A DNA stretch of 64,000 nucleotides from an uncultured Gammaproteobacteria bacterium (lineage in GTDB: Bacteria > Pseudomonadota > Gammaproteobacteria > Steroidobacterales > Rariloculaceae). The translations under genes were made by a program, and so were the position numbers. Positions 29,610-39,276 of the stretch are shown piece by piece. The notes under the pieces were generated by a model. The model was not told the DNA's origin, made no database searches, and was given only the letters and a program-made list of their open reading frames with translations. Every line of letters starts with the position of its first letter. Position 1 is the stretch's first letter. The stretch lies in NCBI GenBank assembly GCA_963810755.1, contig CAWEOP010000008.1:484003-548002 (forward strand), read 5' to 3'.

Positions 29610-30104
29610 TCAGCCGCCGCCCGTGCCGAGGTACGGGAGCAAGCGGCCAAGCGACAGCACGCTGAACCAGAAGAACAGCGATGCAGCGCCGACGGCTCTC
29701 GCAAGCGCCGGCGTCGGCTCGTTCGGGCCGAGGCGCAGCAGCGAAGGCTCGACCTTCGTGTAGTAAACCAGGAAATTCAGACCCGCGAGGACGATGCAGA
29801 TCATCTTCGCCCAGAAAGCCCAGTTGGCGGTGTAGGTGCGCGGATCGCCGAACAGGAACCCGAATCCGGAGATCAGGTTGATCGCGAACGATCCGATCGC
29901 GACGGGCATCAGCGCGTGCACGGCGTTCAGTGGGATGATGCGCTGAAAGCCGATCAGGCGCAGGTCCATGATCAGCAGCGAGCCCATCAGTAGGCACAGC
30001 GCGAGGAAGTGCGCCGACTCGAGCGTCGGCCAGCTCCAGGCATAGCCGATCACGACGTGGTTGATCCACGTGCTCACCATCCAGTCTTGAATTGCGTCAC
30101 CCAT
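29610..30104 (-). CDS. Integral membrane protein (4-5 TM), tandem paralog A
   Basis: 164 aa. Shares the pattern ..H......L.G....DLRL.G.......L........G...N..SG..F with 30114..30617. Confidence 0.55.
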   Translation of the reverse strand: MGDAIQDWMVSTWINHVVIGYAWSWPTLESAHFLALCLLMGSLLIMDLRLIGFQRIIPLNAVHALMPVAIGSFAINLISGFGFLFGDPRTYTANWAFWAKMICIVLAGLNFLVYYTKVEPSLLRLGPNEPTPALARAVGAASLFFWFSVLSLGRLLPYLGTGGG

Positions 30105-30113
30105 GTTGCGTAC

Positions 30114-30617
30114 CTAGCTAATGCCGAACAGCTGGCCAAAGGTTATATCGAGGTAAGCCGTCAAGCGTCCCAGGATGATCGCAGTCACCCAGAACACCAT
30201 GGAAACGACCGCCATCGAGCGCACCGCTACGGGAGGTGTCGCCACATCCCACTTCGCAGAGTCGTGATTGACCTGGTTTTGGAGAATGGCGGCCGTAATC
30301 GCCCCGAGGACTACCAGCGCCATCTTCGACATGTAGATAACGTCGGTGATGTACGACGTCGCCTGCGCGGCGAACAGGCACGATCCGGAGACGAAATTGA
30401 TGCCGAAACCGAGCCACGCGAGGCTGAGGAAGCGCTGGAGAGCGGGATACGGGATTCCGGCGAATCTGCCGAGCAGCCGCATGTCGAGCAAGAGCGCGAG
30501 CCCGACCATGATCGCCATGCCGAACGCATGCAGAGTGATCATCATCGGATAGCCGAGCGTCGACATCCGGACCCAGTCGGCGAGCGGGCTCGCCTCAAGC
30601 CAGATCAGAAATCCCAC
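30114..30617 (-). CDS. Integral membrane protein (4-5 TM), tandem paralog B
   Basis: 167 aa, same architecture as 29610..30104, 9-nt spacer between the two genes. Confidence 0.55.
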   Translation of the reverse strand: MGFLIWLEASPLADWVRMSTLGYPMMITLHAFGMAIMVGLALLLDMRLLGRFAGIPYPALQRFLSLAWLGFGINFVSGSCLFAAQATSYITDVIYMSKMALVVLGAITAAILQNQVNHDSAKWDVATPPVAVRSMAVVSMVFWVTAIILGRLTAYLDITFGQLFGIS

Positions 30618-30867
30618 AAGCAGACCCCCAAGCGAAGCACGTTGTTGTAGTGATTATAGGCCGCGCAGGTTAGCTTGCCGCCCAGTTAGCTGTCTACCGA
30701 AGAAAACTTGTGCAAGTGCGCCCCGCGGCTTACAAAGCGAGGCGGCCCGCAGTAGCCGGCGGTAAGCTTCCGCGGTGGGTCAGCAACGGTGCGAGGGGTC
30801 GGCGCGCACGCGGCTTTTCGCGCGCGCTTGCGCGCGATTATGTTCCGTGTTTGCGGTCGCATGGGCG

Positions 30868-31714
30868 ATGGACGGCGTGGCGGAAGTAACTTTCGAGCAA
30901 GTGGCCCGGCAGGCGGTGGCGTCCCGCGGCGAGCGCAGCGAGTACGCCGCCGAATCGCCGTTTCAGTTCGGCGTGCTCCGCGTGCCCGCGGGCGACGGGC
31001 CGTTTGCAGTCGCCGCGATCGTGCACGGCGGCTGTTGGCTTGCGGACTACGACTACCGGCACGTGGAGCGCATGGCCGAGGTGCTGACGGAGCGCGGCCT
31101 CGCGACGTGGGTGATCGAGTACCGGCGCATCGGGCAACGACGGCGGCGGCTGGCCCGGCACGTTCCGCGATGTCGCGGGCGGGCTCGATCACCTTCGTGT
31201 GCTCGCTCCTCAGCACCGTCTCGATCTCACGCGTGTCGTCGTCGTCGGCCATTCGGCCGGCGGGCAGCTCGCGCTCTGGCTCGCCGCCCGATCAAAGGTC
31301 GCCGCGGGCAGCGATCTCTATGTCGCGGATCCGCTGCCGGTCGCCGGTGTCGTCGCGCTCGCGGGGATCGCGGATCTGCGGACCTACGCGCTCGGCAGCG
31401 GCTCGTGCAACGCCGTGGTGCCTAGCCTCATGGGCGGGCTCGCGCGCAGCGTCGGCGAGCGTTACGACGAAGCGAGCCCGCTCGAGCTCGTGCCGCTCGG
31501 AGTTCCAGTGCGGCTCGTGCACGGCGCGGACGACGCAATCGTGCCGCTCGAACAGGGCCGGCGATTCGTGGACGCCGAACGCCGTGCGCAAGCGAAAAGC
31601 GACGTTGCTCTCGACGTGATCCCGCGTGCGGGGCATTTCGATGTCGTCGCGCCGTTCGCCGCCGCGTGGTCCACGGTCGAGAAGCGGATCATCGAGCTCG
31701 CCGCGCCGCGCTGA
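30868..31714 (+). pseudogene. Alpha/beta hydrolase (esterase/arylformamidase-like), one frameshift near 31132-31135
   Basis: HGGCW oxyanion motif in ORF 30775... After ..EYRRIG the homologous reading NDGGGWPGTFRDV...VVVGHSAGGQLA (nucleophile elbow GHSAG) continues in the frame of ORF 31199..31714. An earlier start at 30775 is possible. Confidence 0.7.
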
Positions 31715-31750
31715 GGCGCCGCGCGCCGCATCTGCTATATTCGCCGCCCG

Positions 31751-33137
31751 ATGCCGGCACAGCACAATCCCGCCGACAACTCGATGCTCGCGCGCATCGG
31801 TCTCAGGCTTTCCGAGTGGTTCGAGAAGTGGTTCCCCGACGCGTTCGTGCTGGCGCTCGCGGCCGTCGCCATCGTGTTCGTCGCTTGCCTGCTCGCCGGG
31901 CAGCTCGGTGCTGCAGACGGCGCAGCGGTTCGGCTCCGGATTCTGGGACCTCGTCGCGTTCACGATCCAGATGTCGATGATCGTGATCACGGGCTACGCG
32001 GTGGCTACGTCGCCGCCGGTTTACGGCGTGATCCGCAAGCTCGCGGCGATCCCGCAAACCGCCAGGGGGGCGGCGGCGTACGTCGGCTTGTTCTCGATGC
32101 TCGCATCGCTGATATCGTGGAGCTTCAGCTTGATCTTCAGCGCGCTGCTCGCGCGCGAGGTCGCGCACCGCGTGAAGGGCGCCGATTACCGCGCGATCGG
32201 CGCGGCCGCGTACCTCGGCGTCGGCAGCGTCTGGGCGCTCGGGTTGTCCTCGTCCGCCGCGCTGATCATGGCCGCACCGGCGTCGCTGCCGGACGCGATC
32301 GAGAACATCAGCGGCGTCATCCCGTTGAGTCAGACGATCGGTCTCTGGCAGAGCCTGGCCGTGGCGGCTGCGCTGATCGGCGTGTCGATGTGCGTCTCGT
32401 TCTTCTCGGCGCCGAGCGCCGGGCACGCTCGCACGATGGCAGACATGGGCGTCGCGTACTCGCCCGCGACGAACGACATCGGCAAGCGCCAGACGCCGGG
32501 CGAGTGGCTCGAGTACAGCCCACTGCTCACGATCGTCGCGTGCGTGCTCGGGTTCGGCTACCTCGGGCTCGAGATCCGCGACAAGGGCTTAGGGGTCGTG
32601 CTCGATCTCAATCACTACGTATTCCTGTTCCTGATGGTCGGCATGCTGCTGCACTGGCGGCCGAAGTCGTTCGTGCAGGCGATCGCGGCGTCCGTCACGC
32701 CGGTCGGCGGCGTGCTGATCCAGTATCCGATGTATGCCGGCATCGTGCGGATGCTCACGGAGTCGGGGCTCGCCACTGAGATATCGGACTTCTTCGTCTC
32801 GGTCTCGACGCAGCACACGTTCCCCGTGATGGTGGGGATCTACTCGGCGTTCCTCGGGCTGTTCATTCCGTCCGCGGGCGGCAAGTGGCTCATCGAGGCG
32901 CCGTACCTGCTCGAGGCCGGCAAGTCACTCGGCGTGCACATGGGCTGGGTCGTGCAGACCTACAACGCGACCGAGGCGCTCGCGAATCTGATCCACCCGT
33001 TCTGGATGTTGCCGCTCGTCGGCATCCTTGGCCTCAAGCCGCGCGATATCGTCGGCTACTCGATGCTGCAATTCGTCGTGCACGTGCCGCTCGTGCTGCT
33101 GCTCGTCTGGCTGCTCAACTACACGCTGACGAGCTAG
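31751..33137 (+). pseudogene. atoE: Short-chain fatty acid transporter (AtoE family), one frameshift near 31897-31905
   Basis: N-terminus MPAQHN..LARIGLRLSEWFEKWFPDAFVLALAAV.. lies in ORF 31751... From ..SSVLQTAQRFGSGFWDLVAFTIQMSMIVITGY.. the protein runs in ORF 31626..33137. About 460 aa, polytopic. Confidence 0.75.
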
Positions 33138-33265
33138 GCGGCAACGCCGAGGCGGCCGCGTTGCCTAGTACGAATACTCACCTTGGTTAGCGCGCGGGCA
33201 TCCGGCAGACTCGACACTGGGTGGGCGCGCATTCAGCCGTTCGCACGAGCTCGAACGCGCTCACG

Positions 33266-34127
33266 ATGGTGCAGGGGGTGATCGTGAAAAGTAACTACGG
33301 AAATCGCGTGTCGCGAGCGATCGCAGCGCTCGCCGTTCCGTTGCTCATCGCGCTCGCGGTGGCTCCGTATCCGTCGTCCGCGGCTACGGTGCTCATCACC
33401 GGAGCGAACTCGGGCCTCGGTCTCGAGTTCGCGAAGCAATACGCGGCCAAGGGGTGGACCGTGATCGCGACGCACCGCCGTTCGGGCGTGCCCGAGTCGC
33501 TCGCCGCAATCACCGCCAAGTTCGACAAGGTGCGCGTCGAGCACCTCGACGTGACGAACGCCGACGACGTAAGCGCGCTCGCGGCGAAGCTGAAAGGACG
33601 TGCCGATCGACTTGTTGATCAACAACGCCGGGGTCTACAACGACCGGAGTGCCTGTCGCGACGACGATTGCATCGGCGATTGGGGCACGCAGAACTTCGG
33701 CGAACTGCACTACGAATTGCTCGACACGATCATGGCGGTGAACGTCAAGGGGCCGCTGATGGTCTCGGAGGCGCTGCTCGGCAACGTCAAGGCGAGCGCG
33801 CAGAAGAAGATCATTGCGATCAGCTCGACGAACGGGTCTCTGACGGAACAGCTCGCGGGCTCGGGCGCGATTTTCTATCGCGCGAGCAAGGCCGCGCTGA
33901 ATCGTGCGATGCAGCTCGTCGCGACGAAGGAGAAGCCCGAAGGCGTTACGGTCGTGATGCTGCATCCGGGCGCAGTCGTGACGGAGCGGCAGGCGTATCT
34001 CGAGGGCTTCAAGGGCATGATCGAGATGCCGTTCAGCGTGCAGCACATGATCGAGACGATCGACAAGGTCACGATCGAGGACTCGGGCCGCTTTCTGAAC
34101 TACGACGGCACGACGGCGCCGTGGTGA
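33266..34127 (+). pseudogene. Short-chain dehydrogenase/reductase (SDR), one frameshift near 33597-33601
   Basis: TGANSGLG cofactor motif in ORF 33221... After ..AAKLKG the reading VPIDLLINNAGV...YRASKAALN continues in ORF 33600..34127. The exact start is uncertain. Confidence 0.75.
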
Positions 34128-34153
34128 GCACGGTGTCCGCGGAGGATTCACGA

Positions 34154-34633
34154 ATGAGAACGACCTTCGTCATCGCCGCTGCCGTTGGCGCGCTAATCGC
34201 GGGCTGCGGACCCACGTCGCAACGTCCTACGGTCGAGGAGGACATCCGGGCGATCACGGCGTTCAACGAGCGTTACTTGGGCTCGATCAACGACGAGGAC
34301 ATCGCGACGCTATCGAGCCTCACGACCGAGCACCACGTGATGATCGCGCCGGGCCGCCCGCCGATCGTCGGCAAGGCGGCGAATGACGCGATGAACGGCC
34401 GCGCGTTCGAGCAGTTCACGTTCGACGAGACGTGGACGCCGACCGAGACCGTCGTCTCGGTTGACCTCGCGTTTCAGAGCGGCAGCTACACGACGACCGC
34501 GACGCCGCGTGACGGCGGCGAAGCGCGCTCCGTCAAAGGAACGTTCCTGCGCATCTACCAGCGCCAGCCGAACGGCGAGTGGCGGATGACGCGCGACACG
34601 TTCAATACCGAGACCGCAGCGCCGACGAATTGA
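34154..34633 (+). CDS. SnoaL/DUF4440-like (NTF2 fold) lipoprotein
   Basis: ATG at 34154, lipobox LIAGC, then ..I.A.N..Y......D......L...H..M.P.......G. and a C-terminal GEWRMTRD pattern typical of DUF4440. Confidence 0.6.
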   Translation: MRTTFVIAAAVGALIAGCGPTSQRPTVEEDIRAITAFNERYLGSINDEDIATLSSLTTEHHVMIAPGRPPIVGKAANDAMNGRAFEQFTFDETWTPTETVVSVDLAFQSGSYTTTATPRDGGEARSVKGTFLRIYQRQPNGEWRMTRDTFNTETAAPTN

Positions 34634-34689
34634 CGCCACGGCGAGATCTCCTCGGCGGCCCGCCGTTTCGACAGCTGATCTCACTGCCG

Positions 34690-36012
34690 CTAGGCTGCAG
34701 TCGCGCGCTTCGCAAGCGTCAGCCGCAGATTCGTCTGGACGTGATCGTGCCACTGGGGCGACACTCCGGCGCGCGCAGCATAGCTTCCCCAGTTCTTCAC
34801 GACCGCGGTGACTTCGTCGACGATCGTTTCTGCCTTGCCGCGCTTCAAGCCCGCCACCTTCGCAGCCGCGCGGATGTCCTCTAGGGTGAACGCGTCTTGC
34901 TTGCCGTTCACGGTCATCTGATGGCGTGCGGTCCACACGCCCGTCGGGTTGAAGTTGAACGTCACGTCGAACGCCGGCGCGAGCGACCACGCGCCGGCTT
35001 TGTCCATGAGGAACGCGATGTTCTTCACGTGATCGTCTTGGTTACGCGCGACCAGATTGAAAACCATCCGTCGGAATTGCTGCTCGACGGCGGTCAGCGG
35101 CAACCCGAGCCGCCGGATCACATCGAAGGCTTGTTCGTACGAGTGGGCGCCCGATGCGTTGTAATCGAGGTGCGCGAGCGCCGCTAAGGACTGCATGTGC
35201 AGCTTGCCGCCATCCTCCGTTCGATCGAAGCGGCGCGTCATGAAATGGCGCCGGCCGCCTTCCTCGAGCAAGCGGCATTCGGTCATCGTGAGCCCTGCGT
35301 CCTTCGCCATCAGCGAGTACGCATATTCGATCGCCGTGTAGCCTTGCGGGTCGTCGAGCTCCTTGTCCTTGTTGCCGCGCACGCCGTCGAACTTGAGGAG
35401 CCAATACCCGAAACCGCGTGGAGCCTTGACCTGACCGGAGCGCACCTCGTGGGTGTCCGGATTCCACGCGATGATCGCCTTCGCGCGGGCGCCGCCCGCG
35501 GAGGTTCCGACATGCAGTATTTGCTGAAGCGCTGCGCTCTTGCGCGCGTCGGCAAACGACGCGCTGAGCGTGGTGCGGCTCATGAGAGCCTGCGAGGCCA
35601 GCTCTACGAGCGCGTCGACGCGAAGCTTCGTCGAGCGGCGTGAGTGCGAGCCGAGGGCTGGTGCAAATTCGAGCGCGCCCATGCCGCGTGCGCCTACGTA
35701 GCAGAGCCGCTCGACGGCGTTGAAGCTGTCGGGCGTGCGGCCCTCCACCGCGAGCCACGCGTCGATCAGTGCTTGACCGAAGCGGTCGGGTAACGAGTCC
35801 GCGAGCAAGCCGGGCAGACCATGGAACGATTCGCGCGGCAGTCCCGGAAACGAATGGATGCGCGCCGAGAGGGGCAGGGTGAGCGGCGAGACCTCGATGC
35901 CGCTGCTCGCAAAGGCGCGGTCGTACTCGAACGCTGCGATGTGCTCGCCGTCTTCGAGGGACACGGCCCCGATCGTGCGGCCCCACATCCGGACCTCGGC
36001 GAGCGTAGTCAC
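34690..36012 (-). CDS. hipA: Type II toxin-antitoxin system toxin, HipA-family serine/threonine kinase
   Basis: 440 aa. N-terminal coupling domain (VRMWGRTIGAVS..), GLLADSLPDRFG, SAGGARAK, NQDDHVKN catalytic motif. Confidence 0.9.
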   Translation of the reverse strand: MTTLAEVRMWGRTIGAVSLEDGEHIAAFEYDRAFASSGIEVSPLTLPLSARIHSFPGLPRESFHGLPGLLADSLPDRFGQALIDAWLAVEGRTPDSFNAVERLCYVGARGMGALEFAPALGSHSRRSTKLRVDALVELASQALMSRTTLSASFADARKSAALQQILHVGTSAGGARAKAIIAWNPDTHEVRSGQVKAPRGFGYWLLKFDGVRGNKDKELDDPQGYTAIEYAYSLMAKDAGLTMTECRLLEEGGRRHFMTRRFDRTEDGGKLHMQSLAALAHLDYNASGAHSYEQAFDVIRRLGLPLTAVEQQFRRMVFNLVARNQDDHVKNIAFLMDKAGAWSLAPAFDVTFNFNPTGVWTARHQMTVNGKQDAFTLEDIRAAAKVAGLKRGKAETIVDEVTAVVKNWGSYAARAGVSPQWHDHVQTNLRLTLAKRATAA

Positions 36013-36015
36013 GCG

Positions 36016-36366
36016 TTACTCGCGCCAAGTCCAAGGCTTGTTGGCCGCCGCAGACGGTTTTGAGCGTGGGCGGGCGGCGCGCCGGCGCTGCTTGCCTCGT
36101 TGCTCGAGTAACGCGATGGGGCTTCGCGGCGGCTCGCGAATCAGGCTATCGAGACCATCGCTGAGCTCGAGTGCGCGCAAGACGCGGATCAGCGTCACGA
36201 GCTCCGCGCCGCGCCCGGCTTCGATGCGCTCCAGCGTGCGCTTCGCGATGCCCGCTTGCTCGGCGAGTGCGGCTTGGGTGTGCCCAGCCTCGATCCGCTG
36301 GCGTGCAAGCCGCACTCCGATTTCGCGGAGGATGGCTGTGTCGGTGAGCTGCGCGTCGATCTTCAT
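36016..36366 (-). CDS. hipB: HipB-like XRE-family antitoxin
   Basis: 116 aa. HTH (GHTQAALAEQAGIAKRTLERIE) immediately upstream of hipA (3-nt gap). Basic C-terminal extension. Confidence 0.85.
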   Translation of the reverse strand: MKIDAQLTDTAILREIGVRLARQRIEAGHTQAALAEQAGIAKRTLERIEAGRGAELVTLIRVLRALELSDGLDSLIREPPRSPIALLEQRGKQRRRAARPRSKPSAAANKPWTWRE

Positions 36367-36394
36367 AAGTCGTCCTTTACGGCGAAATAGGAGA

Positions 36395-36515
36395 CCAATA
36401 TCGTATAAATCGTAATATAGTGCGAATTATACACCGAGCGTTCGTGGATAGACTCGTCATATTAGACGAGATAAGACGAAATCAAGGCGTAAGTCGTCGA
36501 ATATTACGATATAGA
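36395..36515. promoter_or_regulatory. AT-rich hipBA upstream region with inverted repeats (candidate HipB operators/promoter)
   Basis: Sharp local AT enrichment. ATCGTAATAT at 36409..36418 recurs inverted at 36501..36510 (ATATTACGAT). A CTCGTC-atatta-GACGAG hairpin lies at 36453..36470. Confidence 0.45.
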
Positions 36516-36593
36516 GTCGGGCGCAGGCCCGCAGCGACCGCTGCGTCGATGAAGTCGACCGAAGGCGGTTCCGGCGGCGCTTGCGAGAGAGAG

Positions 36594-37382
36594 CTAGGCG
36601 ACGAAGCGCTGAATCCTCTGCGCCGCGTTCTCCGCGTCGTCCCAGAGGAACAAGTGCCCAGCGTCCTCGACGATTTCGAGGCGTGCATTCGGGATGCGCT
36701 TCGCGAGCATCCGCGCGTTCGCGACCGGGATCAGCGGATCGTCGTCGCCGCAGATTACGAGCGTCTCGTGCGGAATGTGTTCGAGAAATGGCCAGCTCGA
36801 CCAGGTCATACCGCCCACGAGCTGCATCGCGTAGCCGTAAGCCGACGGAGGCAGCCGGTAGCGCGCTTCCGCGTTGCGGTGGCGCAGCGCGGCGTCGCGC
36901 CGCGTGCGGCCGCCATACACGTCCGGCGCAACTCGCTCGAAAAAGCTGCGCGAATAGAAACGGAACGGAGTCGCGAGCGCAGCCATCGCGGCGAGCGAGC
37001 CCCAGATCGAGCCGACGCCGCACGTCGTGGCTGCGAGCACGAGCCGGCGCACCCGCGCGGGATAGTCGTAGGCGAGTTGTTGCGCGACGGCGCCCCCGTA
37101 CGACAAACCGATGACGTCGGTGCAAGCCACGTCGCGCGAATCGAGCACGGCGACCGCGAGCGCGGCGAGCGAGACGACCGAAACCGGGTACAGCGGCGTG
37201 GTCGATCGCCCCGTGCCGGGCGCGTCGAACGTGATCAGCCGCCGGTTCGGGAATTGCTCCATGAACGGTGCCCACATGTCGGCGTTGTTGCCGAGCCCGG
37301 GCACAAAGAACAGCGGCTCGCCTTCGCCGCTTTCGCTGACGCAGATGCGCTCGCCGCGCCACGCGATGTAGTCATGATTCAT
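36594..37382 (-). CDS. Alpha/beta hydrolase, PHA-depolymerase-like
   Basis: 262 aa. GLSYGG nucleophile elbow, C-terminal DAGH. Overlaps the phaC stop by 11 nt. Depolymerase role is inferred from context. Confidence 0.6.
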   Translation of the reverse strand: MNHDYIAWRGERICVSESGEGEPLFFVPGLGNNADMWAPFMEQFPNRRLITFDAPGTGRSTTPLYPVSVVSLAALAVAVLDSRDVACTDVIGLSYGGAVAQQLAYDYPARVRRLVLAATTCGVGSIWGSLAAMAALATPFRFYSRSFFERVAPDVYGGRTRRDAALRHRNAEARYRLPPSAYGYAMQLVGGMTWSSWPFLEHIPHETLVICGDDDPLIPVANARMLAKRIPNARLEIVEDAGHLFLWDDAENAAQRIQRFVA

Positions 37383-38460
37383 CGTCCGACCCCTTCAAGA
37401 AATCGACAGTGCGTTTCCAGAGCGCCGCTGCCGCGCGGCCGGCGACGATGCCGACGTGCCCGCCTGCCAATCGAACCACCTCTGCGTGCGGCACGATCTG
37501 CTTGATCGCGTCGACGCCCGCCGGCGGCGAGATCGTGTCCTTCTCGGCTGACACGGCCATCACGGGCATCGATACGGCCGAGAAGTCTAGCGCACGGTTG
37601 CCGAGTGTCGCTGTGCCTTTCATCAAGGTATTTCGGCCCGGCCCGAACTTTCGATACAGTTCGGCGAGCAGGCGCCCCGGTGCGGGCACGACGTCGTCGA
37701 CCCAGGTGGACATCGTGCGCACGTCGCGCAGGCGCTCCGGTTCGTCGTCGAGCCGTTCCCAGAGATCGTTGACGCGGCCCGTTAGGCTGTTCGAGCCCGG
37801 TGCAAGCATCTCGAACCAGCTCTTCACCTCGACGGCGGGGACGAGCCGCGGTTCGTCGTACGACTCGCCGGCCAAGCCCATCTTGTGCGCCACCCACGCG
37901 ATGCCGCCCTCGACGTCACCGTCGACGGTGGTCGTGAGCAGAATCAGCCGCCGGACGGTGTCCGGATACAGCGCCGAGTAGAGCAGCGACAACGTACCGC
38001 CGAGGCAGTAGCCGACGATGTTCACCCTCGGCTCGCCGGTCAGAGTCGACACAGTGCGCACGCAGCGCCGGATCAATCCGTCGACGTAGTACTCGAGATC
38101 CGCGAAGCGATCCTCGCGTGTCGGAGTGCCGAAGTCCGCGATGTAGACGTCGAAGCCGGCGGCCGCGACGTGGCCCGCAAACGAACGGCCCGGCAACAGA
38201 TCGATGATGAAGTAGCGGCTCACGGGCGCCGGCACGAACAGAACGGGCGGGCCCGTGCGCGGCTCGCCGTTCTCATCGAGCAATCGCAGCAGCCGCAGCT
38301 TGTTCTCGCGATACACGACGATCGCCGGCGTCGCGCCCTTACCGTAATGGCCGGGCGAGGTCAGTATCGTGTGCAGGCGCTCGAGCTTCGCGCGCCCGCG
38401 GCGCGACAGCGCGAGCAGGGCTTCGAGCTCACGCTCGCGCTCCGGGGGAGCGTCGCTCAC
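37372..38460 (-). CDS. phaC: Class III-type poly(hydroxyalkanoate) synthase catalytic subunit PhaC
   Basis: GTG at 38460 overlaps the upstream stop (GTGA). About 362 aa. Lipase-box-like GYCLGG with catalytic Cys. Size and motifs fit class III/IV PhaC. Confidence 0.75.
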   Translation of the reverse strand: MSDAPPERERELEALLALSRRGRAKLERLHTILTSPGHYGKGATPAIVVYRENKLRLLRLLDENGEPRTGPPVLFVPAPVSRYFIIDLLPGRSFAGHVAAAGFDVYIADFGTPTREDRFADLEYYVDGLIRRCVRTVSTLTGEPRVNIVGYCLGGTLSLLYSALYPDTVRRLILLTTTVDGDVEGGIAWVAHKMGLAGESYDEPRLVPAVEVKSWFEMLAPGSNSLTGRVNDLWERLDDEPERLRDVRTMSTWVDDVVPAPGRLLAELYRKFGPGRNTLMKGTATLGNRALDFSAVSMPVMAVSAEKDTISPPAGVDAIKQIVPHAEVVRLAGGHVGIVAGRAAAALWKRTVDFLKGSDDES

Positions 38461-38819
38461 TTGTCGCCTTTGCGCTTCCCCGACTTGTCTTTGCGTTTCT
38501 TCTTGGCGCCCCCTCGCAACTCTTCGACCGACATCTGCAAATCCTGGATCTGTCCCTCGATCTTGTGGAGCGCGAATAGCACTTGGTCGAGGCGGTCGTC
38601 GGCCGGCGTCTGTGGAGCGGCGTCGCCGGGCGCGGCCGCAGCGGGATAGGCCTTGCCGGCGAGCAGCGATCCGCGCATCGCGTTGCCGAGGTGAACGAGG
38701 AAGTCGTCGTTCTTCGCCATGGAGTCGAGATACGTGAGGATGGTGCGCTGCCACTGCTGCTGCTCGGTGAGCCAGCTCTCGACGACCGTGGGCTCTGGGG
38801 CGGGTTTTTCTTCGGCCAC
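38457..38819 (-). CDS. Small coiled-coil protein, candidate PhaE-like synthase partner or granule protein
   Basis: 120 aa. Translationally coupled to phaC. Trp/Gln-rich N-terminus (WLTEQQQWQRTILTYL), Lys-rich tail. Assignment is by position only. Confidence 0.4.
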   Translation of the reverse strand: MAEEKPAPEPTVVESWLTEQQQWQRTILTYLDSMAKNDDFLVHLGNAMRGSLLAGKAYPAAAAPGDAAPQTPADDRLDQVLFALHKIEGQIQDLQMSVEELRGGAKKKRKDKSGKRKGDK

Positions 38820-38913
38820 GGCCTCAAGCTTCCTTATCGTTCGCGTGCGAGCGTATGCGGCGGCACGCTCCGGTGCGAAGTATGGTACTCAGTCGGCGCG
38901 GCGCGGGACAGGT

Positions 38914-38953
38914 ACGGCGGCCGCGGTTGGGGGGAGAAAGCCGCGGCCGCCGT
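38914..38953 (-). terminator. Perfect 13-bp GC-rich stem-loop between the phasin-like gene and the PhaE-like gene (attenuator/terminator-like, no U-tract)
   Basis: ACGGCGGCCGCGG (38914..38926), 14-nt loop, CCGCGGCCGCCGT (38941..38953). Lies 18 nt downstream of the phasin-like stop on the minus strand. Confidence 0.4.
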
Positions 38954-38970
38954 TTCGAACGAGCTTGAGA

Positions 38971-39234
38971 CTATTTGGTCGCGGGCGTCGCCGTCGCGAG
39001 CAGCTTCTCGATGAAGGTCTTCTGCTGCTTCAGGAGCTTCTGCGCGAACGCGAAGTTCGCTTCCGCGACGTCTGCCGCAGTCGGAACCGGGAACTCGAAC
39101 GCGGGCGTACCGCTCGCAGTCTTGATGCGCTCGGCGCCGGTCGTCACGGCCTTCAAGAAGTTGTCCTGGAACTCGCTGAGGGAGGTCAGGTACTTGTCGC
39201 CGGCTTCGGCGGCTGATTTCACATAACTAGCCAT
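38971..39234 (-). CDS. Small phasin-like protein, paralog 1
   Basis: Start ATG at 39234. 87 aa. Shares P.x.[DE]VAEA.[FY]AFA.KLL..Q..F.E.L with 42201..42479. Confidence 0.55.
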   Translation of the reverse strand: MASYVKSAAEAGDKYLTSLSEFQDNFLKAVTTGAERIKTASGTPAFEFPVPTAADVAEANFAFAQKLLKQQKTFIEKLLATATPATK

Positions 39235-39276
39235 GGTTGGGGATCCTTTGGGGTTGGGGTGGTGCTTCAGAACGTG

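Noticed and set aside
30775-30867. Longer N-terminus (start at 30775) for the alpha/beta hydrolase
   Set aside because: Not excluded, because it could provide a signal-peptide-like segment ending ..FAVAWA. I could not support it over the ATG at 30868 from sequence alone, so the shorter model is listed.
33221-34633. Single 470-aa protein predicted by the ORF track
   Set aside because: It is a composite. The SDR N-terminus is followed by out-of-frame sequence across the SDR C-terminal half (which lies in ORF 33600..34127), and then by an independent lipoprotein gene starting at 34154.
36380-36520. AT-rich segment considered as an IS end, integration (att) site or remnant of a mobile element
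   Set aside because: There is no transposase, integrase or flanking direct repeats in the vicinity. Its position directly upstream of hipB and its internal inverted repeats fit a promoter/operator region better.
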